Source: Eledone cirrhosa
Taxonomy: Eukaryota
Direction: 5' to 3'
Length of the DNA stretch: 64,000 nt
Assembly: GCA_964016885.1 (NCBI GenBank)
Contig: OZ024743.1
Span: 317,812,001-317,876,000 of the forward strand
Both the position numbers and the translations under genes were made by a program. Under the pieces are notes generated by a model, which was not told the origin of the DNA, made no database searches, and was given only the letters and a program-made list of their open reading frames with translations. How positions within the stretch are numbered: position 1 is the stretch's first letter; every line of letters starts with the position of its first letter. Below, piece after piece: positions 10,621 through 24,259 of the stretch.

Positions 10621-13600
10621 GGTCTGTTCGGACGTCTTTTTTGCTCGCCCCCCTGTAAGTCGCTTTATTTACCTGTTATAATTATTTGTTGTTTAATTTT
10701 TCTTGTTGGCCCAAATATTTGAACATTTTACTTTTAAAAATAAAAAAAAAACATGGCTGAGCCACACCCCCTAGCAATATGTCTGCTGTCGTGTGACAAC
10801 GGCGTAAAAGTTGAGAGGAGGCTTACAAAAATTGATACAACAAACACCACCACAAACAACGTGAACAAAGACAATAACACTGAGAACACTTATTTTAAAA
10901 AAATTACCACACCAACTCCAACAATAACAGCGTCAACCAAAATACAGACAGCAGAAAAAAATGCCAGCACTGAAAATATAAGTGATAGCAATGGCAATTA
11001 TTTAGATTTGTCACATACAAACATGGATTTCCCGCCATTACCAACGTCTACAGGTGTTATAGCCACAATGTCAAAAAGAACAACCAACACCACTGATACC
11101 ACCACAGCAACAACTGAGACAAAAAATAAATTATTTTCTCGTGATATCGAAATGGATTCTCCGAAAATCAACTCTTCCACGCCGAACGCCACTGATACCA
11201 CCACCAACACCACAACTGAAACTAAAAATAATTATAACAAAAATAACAATAACAACAACAATAAGAATAACAACAACATCAACACCAGCGCAAAACCAAG
11301 TGCGTCGTTTGCTAAAGCGGCAAACAAAAATGAAACGGTGGGGGTAAACCGGGAAGAATTGAATGAAGCCAAGCGAATAGTAAAAAATATGGTTACAGGG
11401 TCAGCCCCCCCCCCCCCCCCCCCCTCCAGCTAATACCATGGAGCATCGGCGCCTATGCACCGTGTCATATCGGACGCTAAATATTAAAACGCGCCGAGTG
11501 GAACGGGCATCCGAGTCCCAGATACAGAAAGCTTTGGGACATGTGTGGGCTCAAAAAACCCACATCACACATGGGCAAAAATATGGCACCGTGGACGTGT
11601 TCTTTGGAACTCCACTGGAAGCCAGAGAGCACTCCAAGGTCCCATTAAAAAGTGATAAGTTCACAGTCGTGCCAAGCTATTGTGGTCAGAGGTTGGTGAG
11701 GATCATGGTGACCCAGGTTCCGCCGGCCATTGTAATTCCCTGGCTAATGGCTGCCGTCCTCGCCGACATCGAGACCGACACTAAAGTAATTGAGGTGATA
11801 AAAGTAAAGCAGGAGAACTGGTCCGGATCTGGGATGGAGCTCCTGATCCATGCGGACCCAAAAGAAGATACAGGAAATTCCAGAGGTGATAGACCTCAAT
11901 GACGGCAGCCACCTCACCGTAATCGTTGAGAGTAGAAGGCCTATGTTTGTCGTTTGTGGCAAAGGAACCCACCTAAAGACTTTCTGCCCTCAGGCTAAAA
12001 AGTTGGGGCCACCTCTCCTACCCACCCCAGTGACTCAACCATCAAAACCAACAGCAGAAATGGCAGCAACAACTGTAGCAGCCACTGTAGCAGCAACTGT
12101 AGCAGCAACTGTAGCAGCAACAACCCCAGCGACTGTAGCAGCAACAACTCCAGCAACTGTAGCAGCAACAGTAGCAAAACCAACACCACCACCACCCACC
12201 GCGCCAGTATTAGCACCAGCACCTCCACCATCCACCAAGCCACAACCAAAACCAACGCCTGTGGAGGATTCTCCATTTCCCGGCCTATCGCAACTGGAGA
12301 CAGATTGTGACGACGAGGAGGAGTGGGAAACTGTATCTGGAAAAAAGAAAAAGAAAAAAAGAAACCAAAAAAGAAAAAAATCCTCTTCCTTCGCCCTCCA
12401 AAAACAAAATGCAGGGCGAAACAAACAAACTAACAAAAAAGTTAAGACAGCTATGTCACCACCCACACCAGGATCACCAGCACCATCACCACAAACACCA
12501 ACACCATCATCATCATTAACCCCAACACTACCATCACCAACACCACAAAAATCACCAACAAGCGAAATAGAAACAAACCCACAACAAACGCAAACAAAAT
12601 AAAACAACCAAAACGATACACACTACACAGCATTAAATTTGAACAACAACCAATTATTACACTACATCCAACACAACACCAGCATCACAGAAAAAGACTA
12701 TACAACACCCCAAAAATTCACACCACCCCCATACATACAAATCACTCGCATCACACAAAACGTACACGACACTAAAATTAAAATTCCCAAGGACATCGGA
12801 GACTTCCAACAAACAGTCTCCAGGAGGATTTATAAGGACATCCTTCCGGAGGGAGCCACAAACAGTGAGAAGGACGGAAAAACCATCTTCCTCCACAAGA
12901 AGTGAGGTAAGTGGTCTTTCCCATCTTTTTCCACTCCTTTTCAACATGACCTTACTCAGAATAGACAGCATAAACGCGCCTGGCTTGGGGCCGTCATGGA
13001 AGCAGGGCCACCTGCTCAACGACCTCAGGTCACTAAACATAGATGTGGTGACCATCAGCGAGACCAGAATCTCCGAAGCACGAGCCTTCGCACCGATCTT
13101 CGGCGGCTACAATGTATACGCATCTCCCAGCCGTCCAGGATCGGGGGAGGAGTTGCTGTGCTTTTTCGGAGAGGCTTGGATCTTGCCATACTGGCCATCT
13201 TCCTGGACCCAGAAGGTAAATTGGTGGTGCTGGACATGACCAGCGGAGATGGGCATGCTTTCAGGCTAGTGGTCGTCTATGCCCCGACAGGAGCAGGGCG
13301 GCCTGATTTCTTCTGGCGTCTGGAGACCTTTCTTGGAGCGTCCCGCTCTTTAGTGTTAGTGGGCGACTGGAACGAGATCTTAGATGCACGCTGGGACTGT
13401 GTGGGATTAGCGGATAGGGGAGGAGGGTGTAAAAAAAGCCTCGCAAAGCTGCTCAAACAGTTTCAACTGACTGATAAGTACCGTCTGGATTTCCCGAATG
13501 TGCCAATGTGAACATGGACAAACCGCATCGGGTCATCCAAATCATATCTTGATAGGATATTTTGTAGGGAAATAGATAGGTCTAGCATAGGCTGTCCACA

Positions 13601-16600
13601 ATTCAAAATAGTCAACTACACGGACCACAAATTCGTGATCTGTGAGGTTGACTTAGATAGGCTTCATAGACAGGAACCCGGCGACTGGAAGCTAAACGCG
13701 TCGTTAACAGCGCGCAAGGCCTACAGAGACCGGATTAGCGAACTAGTTAAGCGGGCGTTGACGGGGGCCATCGTCAACAACAAATGGTGGTTTGCTCTGA
13801 AAAGAGCGATTAGAATAGAATCCATTAGCTTTAGTAAGGCGTTAGCAATAGAGAAAAATAGAGCCGAGGGAGAACTAGTTAGAAAATTAGACGAGGCGCT
13901 TAGTAAAGGCATCGCTACCGACGTGCTTGCGGCGAAATTGGCCCTCGACCAATTCTTCAATTCAAAGCACAAATGTTGCGTTGTCAGAGCTAGGGTGCAT
14001 GCTCTCAGACACGAGGGGACGAAAGCTGTTCAATGGGCCTGAGTGGCGTAGGCGCGTTGTGGCAACAATTCCACGATCCGGTCTTTGGTGGACCACGACG
14101 GGCGCATGCTACTCGATCCCGGGCACATGTGTGAAGCTTTTCAGCGACACTTCGCCCAGCTGTTCTAGGGCAGCGGCGGGCCGGATCGCGGGATGGACTT
14201 TAGTGCCTACTTCGACTGACTGCCGCGGATCTCGGCCACTGAGGCGGAGTGTTGCGAAAAGCCGATAACAGCCGCTGAAGTACGGGAGGCAATGACTGGC
14301 TGTACAAGGGGTAAATCGCCTGGTTTGGATGGTCTGCCCTACGAATTTTATGTACACATGCCAGACTTGTTCGGAGACCTCTTGGCGGACCTCTACTGCA
14401 ATTGGCAACAGAACGGGAGAATTTCCAGCTCTGTGAGCCGAGGAGCGGTGGCGCTGCTGAGAAAGGATCCGAACAAGAGGGATAACATAGATAATTTCAG
14501 GCCCATAACTCTGCTAAACACAGAGTTCAAGATTTTGGCCAAGGTGCTAGCAAAGAGGTTGGCGCTTGTTGGTGGTGGTCTGGTGAGAGAGGCGGATACA
14601 TGCGCCATCCCAGACAGATCCATCCACGAGAACCTCCACCCCATGCGATACATCGTGGAGAGGGTAGCTAGGGAACCTGGCATGGGTGGGTCCATGATCA
14701 ATTTAGATCAATCGAAAGCCTTCGATAGGGTCGGCCATCGTTATCTGGCGGCAGTCCTGAGGGCGGCTGGCTTTGGGCCCGTCTTCAGAGGCTGGATTGC
14801 TGCCATGCACAGCGACATCTGCTCTGTGGTGAGAGTGAACGGTGACCTTCCGGAACCGTTCAACATCATGCGCTCGGTCCGTCAAGGATGTCTCCTCTCG
14901 TCCCTGTTGTACGTATTGACTCTCGAGCCATTACTGCACAAACAGGAGAAGTTGAGGCGGGTCCCGCGCGAACTGGGATGCGGAAGATCCGTGTCAGCAT
15001 ATGCAGACGATGTCACCGTAGTGGTTTCGAACGCCAAACACATCGAGGCGATCGGCACTACACTAAGAGAATGCGGGGCGGTGACAGGAGCAATGATCAA
15101 CCAGGAAAAGTCGGTGGGCCTGCTGCTCGGCACCTGGAGAGGCAGGTCCATGCCGTCCAACAGCGTCATCGGGCGCTGGACGGACGGACCGGTTAAATTA
15201 CTAGGGGTCTGGTTCGGTCCAGACTTCCAGACGGACAAAAACTGGGACGAGGTGACGAGCAGGGTGGCTTCTCTCACCCAGAAATGGGCAAAGAGGAAGC
15301 TATCCTTGAAAAGTCGAGTGGAGGTGGCGAATGCGTACATCGCGTCCGGTATCTACTACCGCCTGACCGTCGTGCCTTGTCCTAAGCCTCGTCTGACTGC
15401 GCTGGAATGTTTCCTCTTTAGCTTTTTGTGGAAGGGACGCGCTCCGATGGTCAGGCGGTCCATCTGCTGTCAACACCCGCTACGTGGAGGGCTGGGCATG
15501 CCGTGGCTGATGATGCGCAGACACGCGCTCATGCTACGACATCTCCACCTCTTCCTCGACGGTGATCAGGTGTGGTCGCCGTTTGCTAGACGCGTGTTTC
15601 CCCAGCTCGTCTCCTTGGCGGAGCTGCAGTCCTGGGTCAAGCGAAGACCGAGAGGGAGCGCTTGGAGACTGGAATGTCTTCAGGCGCTCACAGCCCTCGA
15701 CCAGTCGGGCAATGCGATCGGTGGAAACTCCATCTCGGCGTTCTATAGAGGATTAGTGGAGGGAAGTACGACGACGTACTTGGGGAGACTCTGGGCGAAA
15801 ATCAACTAGCCAATCTGTTCGGGAGAACTTTCGGGCCGGGGCCTATGGACAACTTCCAGAAATCCCTGGCCTGGCAGTGCTACCGAGGAGCTTTGCCAGT
15901 TCGGGATAAACTCTACAGGCATGGAAGTGCCGTCAGCCGGGCATGTCCGAGATGCGCGCAGGGCGATGAAACCGTCCTGCACGCACTCGTCCAGTGTCCG
16001 AGCATTGCTGACTTGTGGGTTTATGTCGAACACCTGCTGTCGCGTGTAGGACGGATCCGGCTATCAGCTGAGTCCATCGTGAGGATTGCCCCACCCTCTT
16101 CCTTTAGCTGGGAAGGGCAGGCAGTTTTTATCTCTCTGGTGGCCATGGCGAAAGAGATAGTATGGTGGACACGTTTGAAAGGGTTGAAGACGAGCACTTA
16201 CCTCTTCGGTGATGCCCTGATTAACTTTTTCAAATTTCATTTGAAAAAGAAAATCAGGGCAGAGAGGGAAGTGCTCTCTTTCCGGCATTTTGTTGAAAGA
16301 TGGGTGAGAGAGGCAAGCATGGCCCGAGTGAATGGGTCTACACTGAGTATGCGCCTGTAAATTAAAGGTGGAAAACTGGAAGAGGGCACTTTCCCAGGTG
16401 GACAGGGTCACCGTGGCTTTTTTAATGGGCTTTCTCCACGAATGTCCCTCGGAAGTCTCCCCCCTATTGGGGAAATTTTCATGTTTCTTTTTTGTTACAT
16501 CCTCTGGTTTTGTTTTTTTTACACGCAGAAATGCCCATTTGTACCGTCCTGTATTGACCTGTATTGTCCTGTATTGTCCTTAATGTCTTACTTTGTGCAA

Positions 16601-16624
16601 ACCCTTGTGGTTAATAAAGAAAAC
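10621..16624 (+). mobile_element. Full-length degenerate L1/Tx1-like LINE, copy A
   Basis: Frameshifted ORF1 (10753-~12905); ORF2 12946-16360 with APE (VYAP, GDWN, TDH), RT (FRPITLLN, AYADD) and CPRC..ETVLHALVQC; AATAAA end; CATTATTATT.. on both sides. Confidence 0.9.
12062..12176 (+). repeat. 12-nt coding minisatellite (ATVA/ATTP repeat) in Tx1 ORF1
   Basis: Repeated GCAACTGTAGCA units. Confidence 0.8.
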
Positions 16625-16959
16625 ATTATTATTATTATTATTTATTTATATTTATTAGTTATGAAGTTGAGTAATTTAGAAGTATTATGTGTGGGAAAAG
16701 AAAACTTATTAAGAAAGTATAGAAATCAATACCAACGTGGTTCAAACTTAATTGAATTCATTGAGCGTTTTCATTAAGCAATAACAACAAAAGTTATTAA
16801 CACATCATTTCTTGTGATAAATATATTAGAGATGGTGTAAATTATAGGGCAAAGTCCTAGATTCCTTATCTAATTAGGTGGTGTAGGTGATTAGGCAAGG
16901 TCCTGGAAGCATTCTCTATATTAAAGTAAAATTCTTCAGTGGATACTTTGTATTAAATA

Positions 16960-18056
16960 CTAGCTGAATTACCCGACGTTGCCCGGGTTACTGCTGTTCT
17001 TATTCAGATTAGTATACAATAAATATGAAGATATGTTTTTTTTATTTCTCATAATTATTTCAAAATATCTATATTTTATTTTTTTAAATATCAAAAATGT
17101 AATGATAATAGAATTTAGAAATCAAAATCTGTCAATCTTGAAGCACCTCAGGGTAAACAATATTCATTGTGTAATTTTTTGTTGGTGTTCAAATGAATAA
17201 ATTGTTGCTCACACACATACACTCTCACACACACATACACTCTCACACACACATACACTCTCACACACACATACACTCACACACTCACATACACTCATAT
17301 ACATATACACTCTCACATACACTCATACACACTCACATACACTCACATACATATACTAAGACTGACACACACAGGCATACATTCACGCAAACCTGTCTGT
17401 CATCACACATGTATCTGTATGTGTAGATGTGTGTGTGTGTGTGTGTGTGAAGATAATGTGTATGTAACTTACTAACGCTATATGTATGTGTAGATGTGTG
17501 TGTGTGTGTGAAGATAATGTGTATGTAACTTACTAACGCTATATGTATGTCTGTGTTTAATTCTCTGAGGCCTAACGTTAAAATAAAAATTATCACGCAT
17601 ACACTCCCACACATGCACACTCTCGCATACACTCACACACATATACTAAGACAGACATACATTCACGCACACCCGTCTGTTATATGTATCTGTATGTGTA
17701 GATGTATGTGTGTGTGTGTTTAATTGTCTATATGTATGTGTAGATGTGTATGTGTGTGTGTGTGTTTAATTCTGTGAGGCCTAACGTATGTAACGAACTC
17801 GCAAACACACACACACACTCACAGACACATACACACTCATACAATGTGACGTCATCGTGGTGGTGGTGGTAGTGGTGGTTTACTATAGTTCACTATAGAA
17901 ATAATATTTTAACTAAAATGACCTATTTTTTAAAATCCAAATGAAAATAAAAATTACATGTTGACACTTCAGGGTTCTAATACTGGTAAAATTTGATTTC
18001 ATTTGGTCTAGCTGTGTGAGAATGCATAGACACAGACAAAGAATTTTATATAGAGA
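16960..18056 (-). mobile_element. Non-autonomous Helitron
   Basis: On the minus strand a 5' TC-TATATAAAAT start, a 3' hairpin CCCGGGCAACGTCGGG, then CTAG|T; internal CA-rich tandem duplications. Confidence 0.65.
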
Positions 18057-18111
18057 GAGATTTTGATTAAACAATTGTAATTAAAGAATAGAATAGAATA
18101 TACGAGAGAGA

Positions 18112-18172
<61 letters not shown>

Positions 18173-18258
18173 AGAAGAAGAAGAAGAAGAAGAAGAAGAA
18201 GAGAGAGAGAGAGAGCTATACATATATCTATATGTATATCTATCTATCTATATTTTAA

Positions 18259-21200
18259 TCTAGCTGTCGTCTGTTCTACAGTGTGGATGTAATTCACTTC
18301 GCGCAGAAGTTTTGTTCAAATTTATTGCGAAAATTTTGTGAGTTCAAATTTAATTTTGATACTATTGTGTAGCTTGACCCCCCGTCTGAACTGTCAGACG
18401 GTGGGTCAGCTCATCTTTACCCCCTCCTAGAGGTGAAAAACCTGTTTTTAAAAATTTTGTGGCAAAAAAATTTCAATCGTCTGACAGAAATGTTAAACGA
18501 AGCGAACGAAAATAGTGGTGGGGGGACAGCGGTAAGAGTTGTAAGCTCGCATGCTTTAGTCCCCCCTTCCTTCCCAACTAACGTCATAGAGAAGGAAGGA
18601 AAAAATAAAATAAAAACAGACGAATCTGCGGAGAAAAATGACGAAAACACAAATCTGGACATGGATTCCAACAACGAAAAAAAAGAATTTGAAAAATTGC
18701 ATGACAATATTAATACCACAAACAAAGACACAATAAACACAAAAAAAAAACATTTGAAAACAACATCATAACAGAAAGCAAAGCAGACGACAAAGTCAAC
18801 AAGATTTCATTTGCACAAACAACAAAGAAATCTTTGACATATATACCTGAAAATATTTCAGATGTGACACGAAGAATCACAGACGCCAAACAATACATAA
18901 GTGAAGGAGAGAATGGTATTTTATCGGTAAAAATGCCTCAAGAACTCACCAAAGACATTGAAAGTCGAACGGTCGTGTTCCGAACCATCAACAACACTTC
19001 AAAAAAACCTGAACAGCCAACTCAAGCAGATATCAAAACAGTACTCACAGAAGTACTTAATGAAACCACTTTCATAAGAAAAGACAGACTGTATGGAAGC
19101 CTAGCAATTATTATGAAGAACGAATCGGCGGCAAAAAAATGTGCTTTGTCACCGATTCGTTCGAAAAATTTTACCTTTTATCCATCTTATATGGGTAAAA
19201 GAACTCAACGCATATGGCTGGATGCAATGATGCCAGATGTGGACTACTGCTGGCTCATAGCTGGCTTCATCGATCCAGTGAATGACAACGTGATTTCCAT
19301 TGGGAAAACCACAGGCAATGCGTTCAGTGGAACAGGTATAGAGCTGGTAGTGCAAATGAAGCCTGAACGCATCGCCCAAATACCCGACAGAATCCTATTA
19401 GAGGGCCACGGGTATATAAACATTAGCGTGGAGGGGAGAAGGCCGTCCTGTCATATCTGTGCAGGCAGAGGGCACCTGAAGGCCGCTTGTCCCCAACTCA
19501 ACAAAAAGAAGACCCTGCTACCAACACCAGCTCCACCACCACCACCACAACAGATAAACAAACAACAAAACTCAGTCCCACCCAACCCGTCCCTCAGTAA
19601 AACTACACCACCACCACAACACAAACAGTCACAACACATTACCTCAAAACAAAATACAGGCCCACCCAACCCCTCACTCAATAAAACAACACAACCACCG
19701 CAGACACAACACACAACACAGTCTAACATAGTGACATCCATCTCCCCCACAAAGAAAACCAACACGGAAACATTACCAGCAAACATACCTCTTCCCTCCA
19801 ACACTGAAGATAACCCAACGAATTCGGAGGAAGAAACGGAGTCCTTCAGACAGATTAAAAGGAAAAAAAGAAAACATGTGCAAAACACACAAGGCCAAAC
19901 AACCCCCACCCAAATGTCAACACAATCCAACAAAACAGAAAACACCCCTCCAGCAACAAACAAAACCAAACCTGCCCCTCCCCTCTTCGAAACACTCACA
20001 CCATCCGAAAAAAAGACATTACACTATACTTACATCAACAGAAACAATAATAAATTAAATGAACTCATATACAATAATCCTTCGGTACAAACCGAAGGTG
20101 TAAACTTTGTTTCTTCAGAAAACTACCCACATTTAAAATTAATAAAGATCCCAATGAACCTCTACCAAAAACTAAAAAAGGATTTTAAGGAGGACGTAGG
20201 ACCACCCTCTGTCAAACCCATAAACCGCGTCCTACTAAAAAGCTTTCCCCCTCCCCTTCCCTTCCCCAACACAACTCCAAACACCCCAACCCCACCACAC
20301 ACTGACGACCCCACACCACCACAAGACACCCCTTCACCCAACACCCCGACCCCATGGAAGTCGTGCGACCCGAACCCCGGGAAGCGGAAAGGTAGGTCTC
20401 TACACTCTCCTTTGGCTCTGCCGCCCACATGGATGTGTTAAGAGTAGGATGTTTGAATGCACGTGGCCTGGGCTCAACTTGGAAGCAAGCAAAGCTTCTA
20501 AATGACCTCAGGTCATGTGGTTCAAATGTAATGGTTATCTGTGAGACTCGGATCAGCGTCGTGCGGCAGCTGGCCCCCACCTTCGATGACTTTGAGGTGC
20601 ATGCATCTCTCTGTCAACCTGGAGGTGAGGGTGGGGTTGTCGTACTGCTGCAAAAACACCTGGGTCTTGCCGTACAGGTTGTGCACTCGGACCCGGAGGG
20701 TCCTTTGTTGGTGCTAGACGTTGGCAGTAGTGAAGGTGCGGCCTTGAGACTGGTCGCCGTCTACTCCCCTTTCGGAGCTGAACGGCCCGACTTCTTCCAG
20801 CGTTTGGAGACTTTTCTGGGAACATCGCGTTCCCTGCTTCTAGCGGGGGATTGGAATGACATCCTAGATGCACGTTGGGACTATGCAGGAGCATGTCCTA
20901 ATAGAGGGGGGTGTAACAGCCTCAAGGGGTTACTCGACCGTTTTAACTTGGTCGATAGATATCGACTAGATTTTCCAACTGTGCCTACCTGGACTTGGAG
21001 AAATCACAGTGGTCAATCTAGATCGTACTTAGATAGATTCTTAGTTAGAAGTAAAGATAGGGACATATTAAGCTGTCCAGAAATGCGCACGGTTGGCTAC
21101 ACGGATCACAAATTAGTGACCTGCGTAGTCAATCTCGAGAAAATACATAAACAGGGTCCCGGTTACTGGAAACTTAATTTGTCTTTACCAGCAAAAGAGA

Positions 21201-24080
21201 CTTACAGAAACCGGATTAGCAGATTAGTTAAGGAGAGGTTGACGGGTGCAATCGTCAACAACCGATGGTGGGCATCTCTCAAAAGAGAGATTAGAACAGA
21301 ATCAATAAGTTATAGCAAGATATTAGCTGCCGATAGGAATAGAAACGAGAAAGAATTAACAGGTAAATTAGAAGAGGCAATCAAGAGCGAAGATGTGGCC
21401 AGAGTGCTGGCATCGAGGACGGCCTTGAACCAGTTTTTCGATGCAAAGCACGAAGGCTGCGTCTTTCGAAGTAAAATACGTGCTCTAGGTAATGAGGGGG
21501 CCAAAGCCGTTGGCTGTGCCTGCGTGACAGAAGCTAAGAGTGGAAATCGATCCACCATCCGGTCGTTGCAAGACGAAGATGGACGGGTGATCCGGGAGCC
21601 TAAGCAGATGTGCGAGGCCTTTCAAAGGCACTTTGCCCGATTGTTCGGGGGAGGCGAGGGTCCGGGCGGGGACGTGGATTTCGGTCCATACCTCGACGGC
21701 CTGCCGCGTCTCTCGAGCGAAGAGGCAGAGTCCTGCGAGGGACCAATCTCGGCTGATGAGATCAGAGATGCCCTGAGCCAATGCAGCAGACGCAAATCTC
21801 CAGGTCTCGATGGTATACCTTACGAACTTTATTTAGCAATGCCGGTCTTCTTCTCCGAACTCCTCGAAGCGGTCTACTGCAATTGGCAGCAGAACGGGAG
21901 AATTCCTTGTTCTGTAGCCAAGGGCGTAGTCACGCTGGTGAGGAAGGACGAGAACAAGGGAGATAGTATAAATAATTTTCGGCCCATAACCCTGCTAAAC
22001 ACAGAGTTAAAGATTTTGGCCAAGGTGTTAGCAAAAAGGTTGGCGCTTGTCGTGGGTGGCCTGGTGGGAGATGCGCAGACATGTGCTATCCCATCCAGGT
22101 CCATTCACGATAACCTCCACCTCATGCGATACATCATAGAGAGGGTTGGCAACAAACCCGGCTTCGGTGGGGCCCTGATCAACTTGGATCAGTCTAAGGC
22201 CTTCGATAGGGTCGACCATGGTTGCCTGGATGCGGTGCTAGCGGCGGCTGGGTTCGGTCGTTTTCAGAGGCTGGATCACTGCCTTACATAGCAACCACAT
22301 CTGTTCTAGGATCAAGGTGAACGGCTACCTTTCGAAGCCGTTCGAAATCACACGATCCATTCGACAGGGGTGCCCTCTCTCCTCCCTTCTGTACGTATTG
22401 ACTCTCGAGCCTTTACTGAGGAAGTTGGAGTTGTTGCAGGGTATCCCCCTGGAACCAGGATTGAGCAAAGCGGTGTCGGCCTACGCCGATGACGTAACAG
22501 TAATGGTATCGACCGACTCGGAGATCGAGGCGATCGGTACCTCACTGGAGGATTACGAAAGGTTGTCAGGAGCGAAACTGAACCGGGAAAAATCCATCGG
22601 ACTGCAACTCGGAACGTGGAGAGGCAGACCGATGCCTCCCGACGGTGTCGTCGGACACTGGACGGAGGGCCCGGTAAAGTTACTTGGGGTCTGGTTTGGA
22701 CCGGACCTCCAGGTGGAAAAGAACTGGAACGAGGTTACGAACAAGGTGTTTGCACTAACCCAGAAATGGGCCAAGTGTAAGCTGTCCCTAAAAGGCCGGG
22801 CGGAGGTGGCGAACATTTACATAGCGTCCGTCACTTACTACCGCCTGACTGTCGTGCCTTGCCCTAAGGAAACACTCACCACCATGGAACGCATGCTCTT
22901 CCAATTTCTTTGGAAGAAGCGCCCTCCTATGGTGAGAAGATCCATCTGCTGCCAACAACCTTCGAAAGGAGGGCTGGGGATGCCGTGGTTGATGATGCGT
23001 AGGCACGTATTAAGGCTACGGCACCTACAGGTATTCCTCACTGGTCAACCGGTGTGGGCTCCGTTCGTGAAACGAGCCTTTCCGAGACTCGTCTCGCTCA
23101 CCGAGCTGCAGTCCTGGGTCAAGCAAAGATCCGCAAAACTGGGAGACTGGCACACTGAGTGTGCTCAGGCGCTCAGGGCTCTCTGGCAAGCGGGCCAGGC
23201 CGTCGGTGGAGAATCCACCTCATCATTCTATAGAGGGCTGGTGGCTAGCAGGGGCGATGACACCCTTGGAGAGTCGCTGGACATGGAAGAGGACGAACTG
23301 GCCAGCCTGTTCGGTAGGACTTTCAGCCCGGGACCAATGGACAACTTCCAGAAGTCACTAGCCTGGCAGTGCTACCGGGGGGCTCTACCCGTTCGAGAGA
23401 GGCTCTACAGACACGGGCGCCCGGGCAGGGATCCCTAAAAAAAGATTTGCCCTAGATGCGTGCGTCACGAAGAAACCGTTGCGCACGCATTGGTGCAATG
23501 TCCGGGCGTGGCTGATCTGTGGGGCTACGCCGAACGACTGCTGTCGCGGGTGGCGCCGATTCAATTGACCGCCGAGTCCGTGATGACAATCAAACCACCT
23601 CCTCTCTTCACAAAGGAAGCAAAGGCGGTTTTTCTGTGCGTAATAGCCATGTTGAAAGAGGTTGTTTGGTGGACACGATTGAAACGTCTGAGGTCAGGCA
23701 ACTTCCTCTCTGGCCATAGTCTGGTCTACTTCTTCCGATATCACTTCGGAAGAAGGATAAGAATGGAGAGAGAGGTGCTTGGCCACAGGCAGTTTTATGA
23801 AAGGTGGGTGATAGTGGCGAGAATGGCTCGTGTAAATGGGCCTTCTCTGTATACCATCCTGTAGGTAAAGAAGTAAAGGAGAGGGGAGCACCTTTTCCAT
23901 GTGCTCCCCGGGCAAAGGATTGCACACTTTTTCGGGGGGGGGGTGCAACTCCCATCACGTCCCCTCCCTTTTGAGGTTATTTTCGATTATTTTCATTTTA
24001 TACCCTTTTTACTCGATTGTATGTAAACTCCCCCTTTGTATTTGTCCCTTCTTTTTATGCCTTTATGGTAAATAAAGAAA
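18259..24080 (+). mobile_element. Full-length L1/Tx1-like LINE, copy B (related family)
   Basis: ORF1 18490-20441 (frameshift in A-run; CHICAGRGHLKAAC knuckle); ORF2 20429-23864 APE-RT-zinc finger with two disruptions; TATCTATATTTTA on both flanks (probable TSD). Confidence 0.92.
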
Positions 24081-24259
24081 TATATCTATATTTTAGCGAA
24101 AGAGTCAACAAGAAGAAGAAAAGCTATTTACATATAAAACAAAAACAAAGCCGATTTATTATAACTCGTACATTCGAAACTTTATATCACTACTTTCGGT
24201 TTCAAGCTCGGATCGCATGATCGCAATCAATATCAACATATTTCATCAGACCGTGACGC

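Noticed and set aside
11995-12607. Antisense ORFs over LINE ORFs (also 6754-7992 and 19451-19999)
   Set aside because: Shadows of the sense coding frame or of low-complexity tracts
17205-17350. Regularly spaced ACACATACACTCTCAC units as a CRISPR-like array
   Set aside because: No unique spacers; a simple minisatellite inside a Helitron in a eukaryotic context
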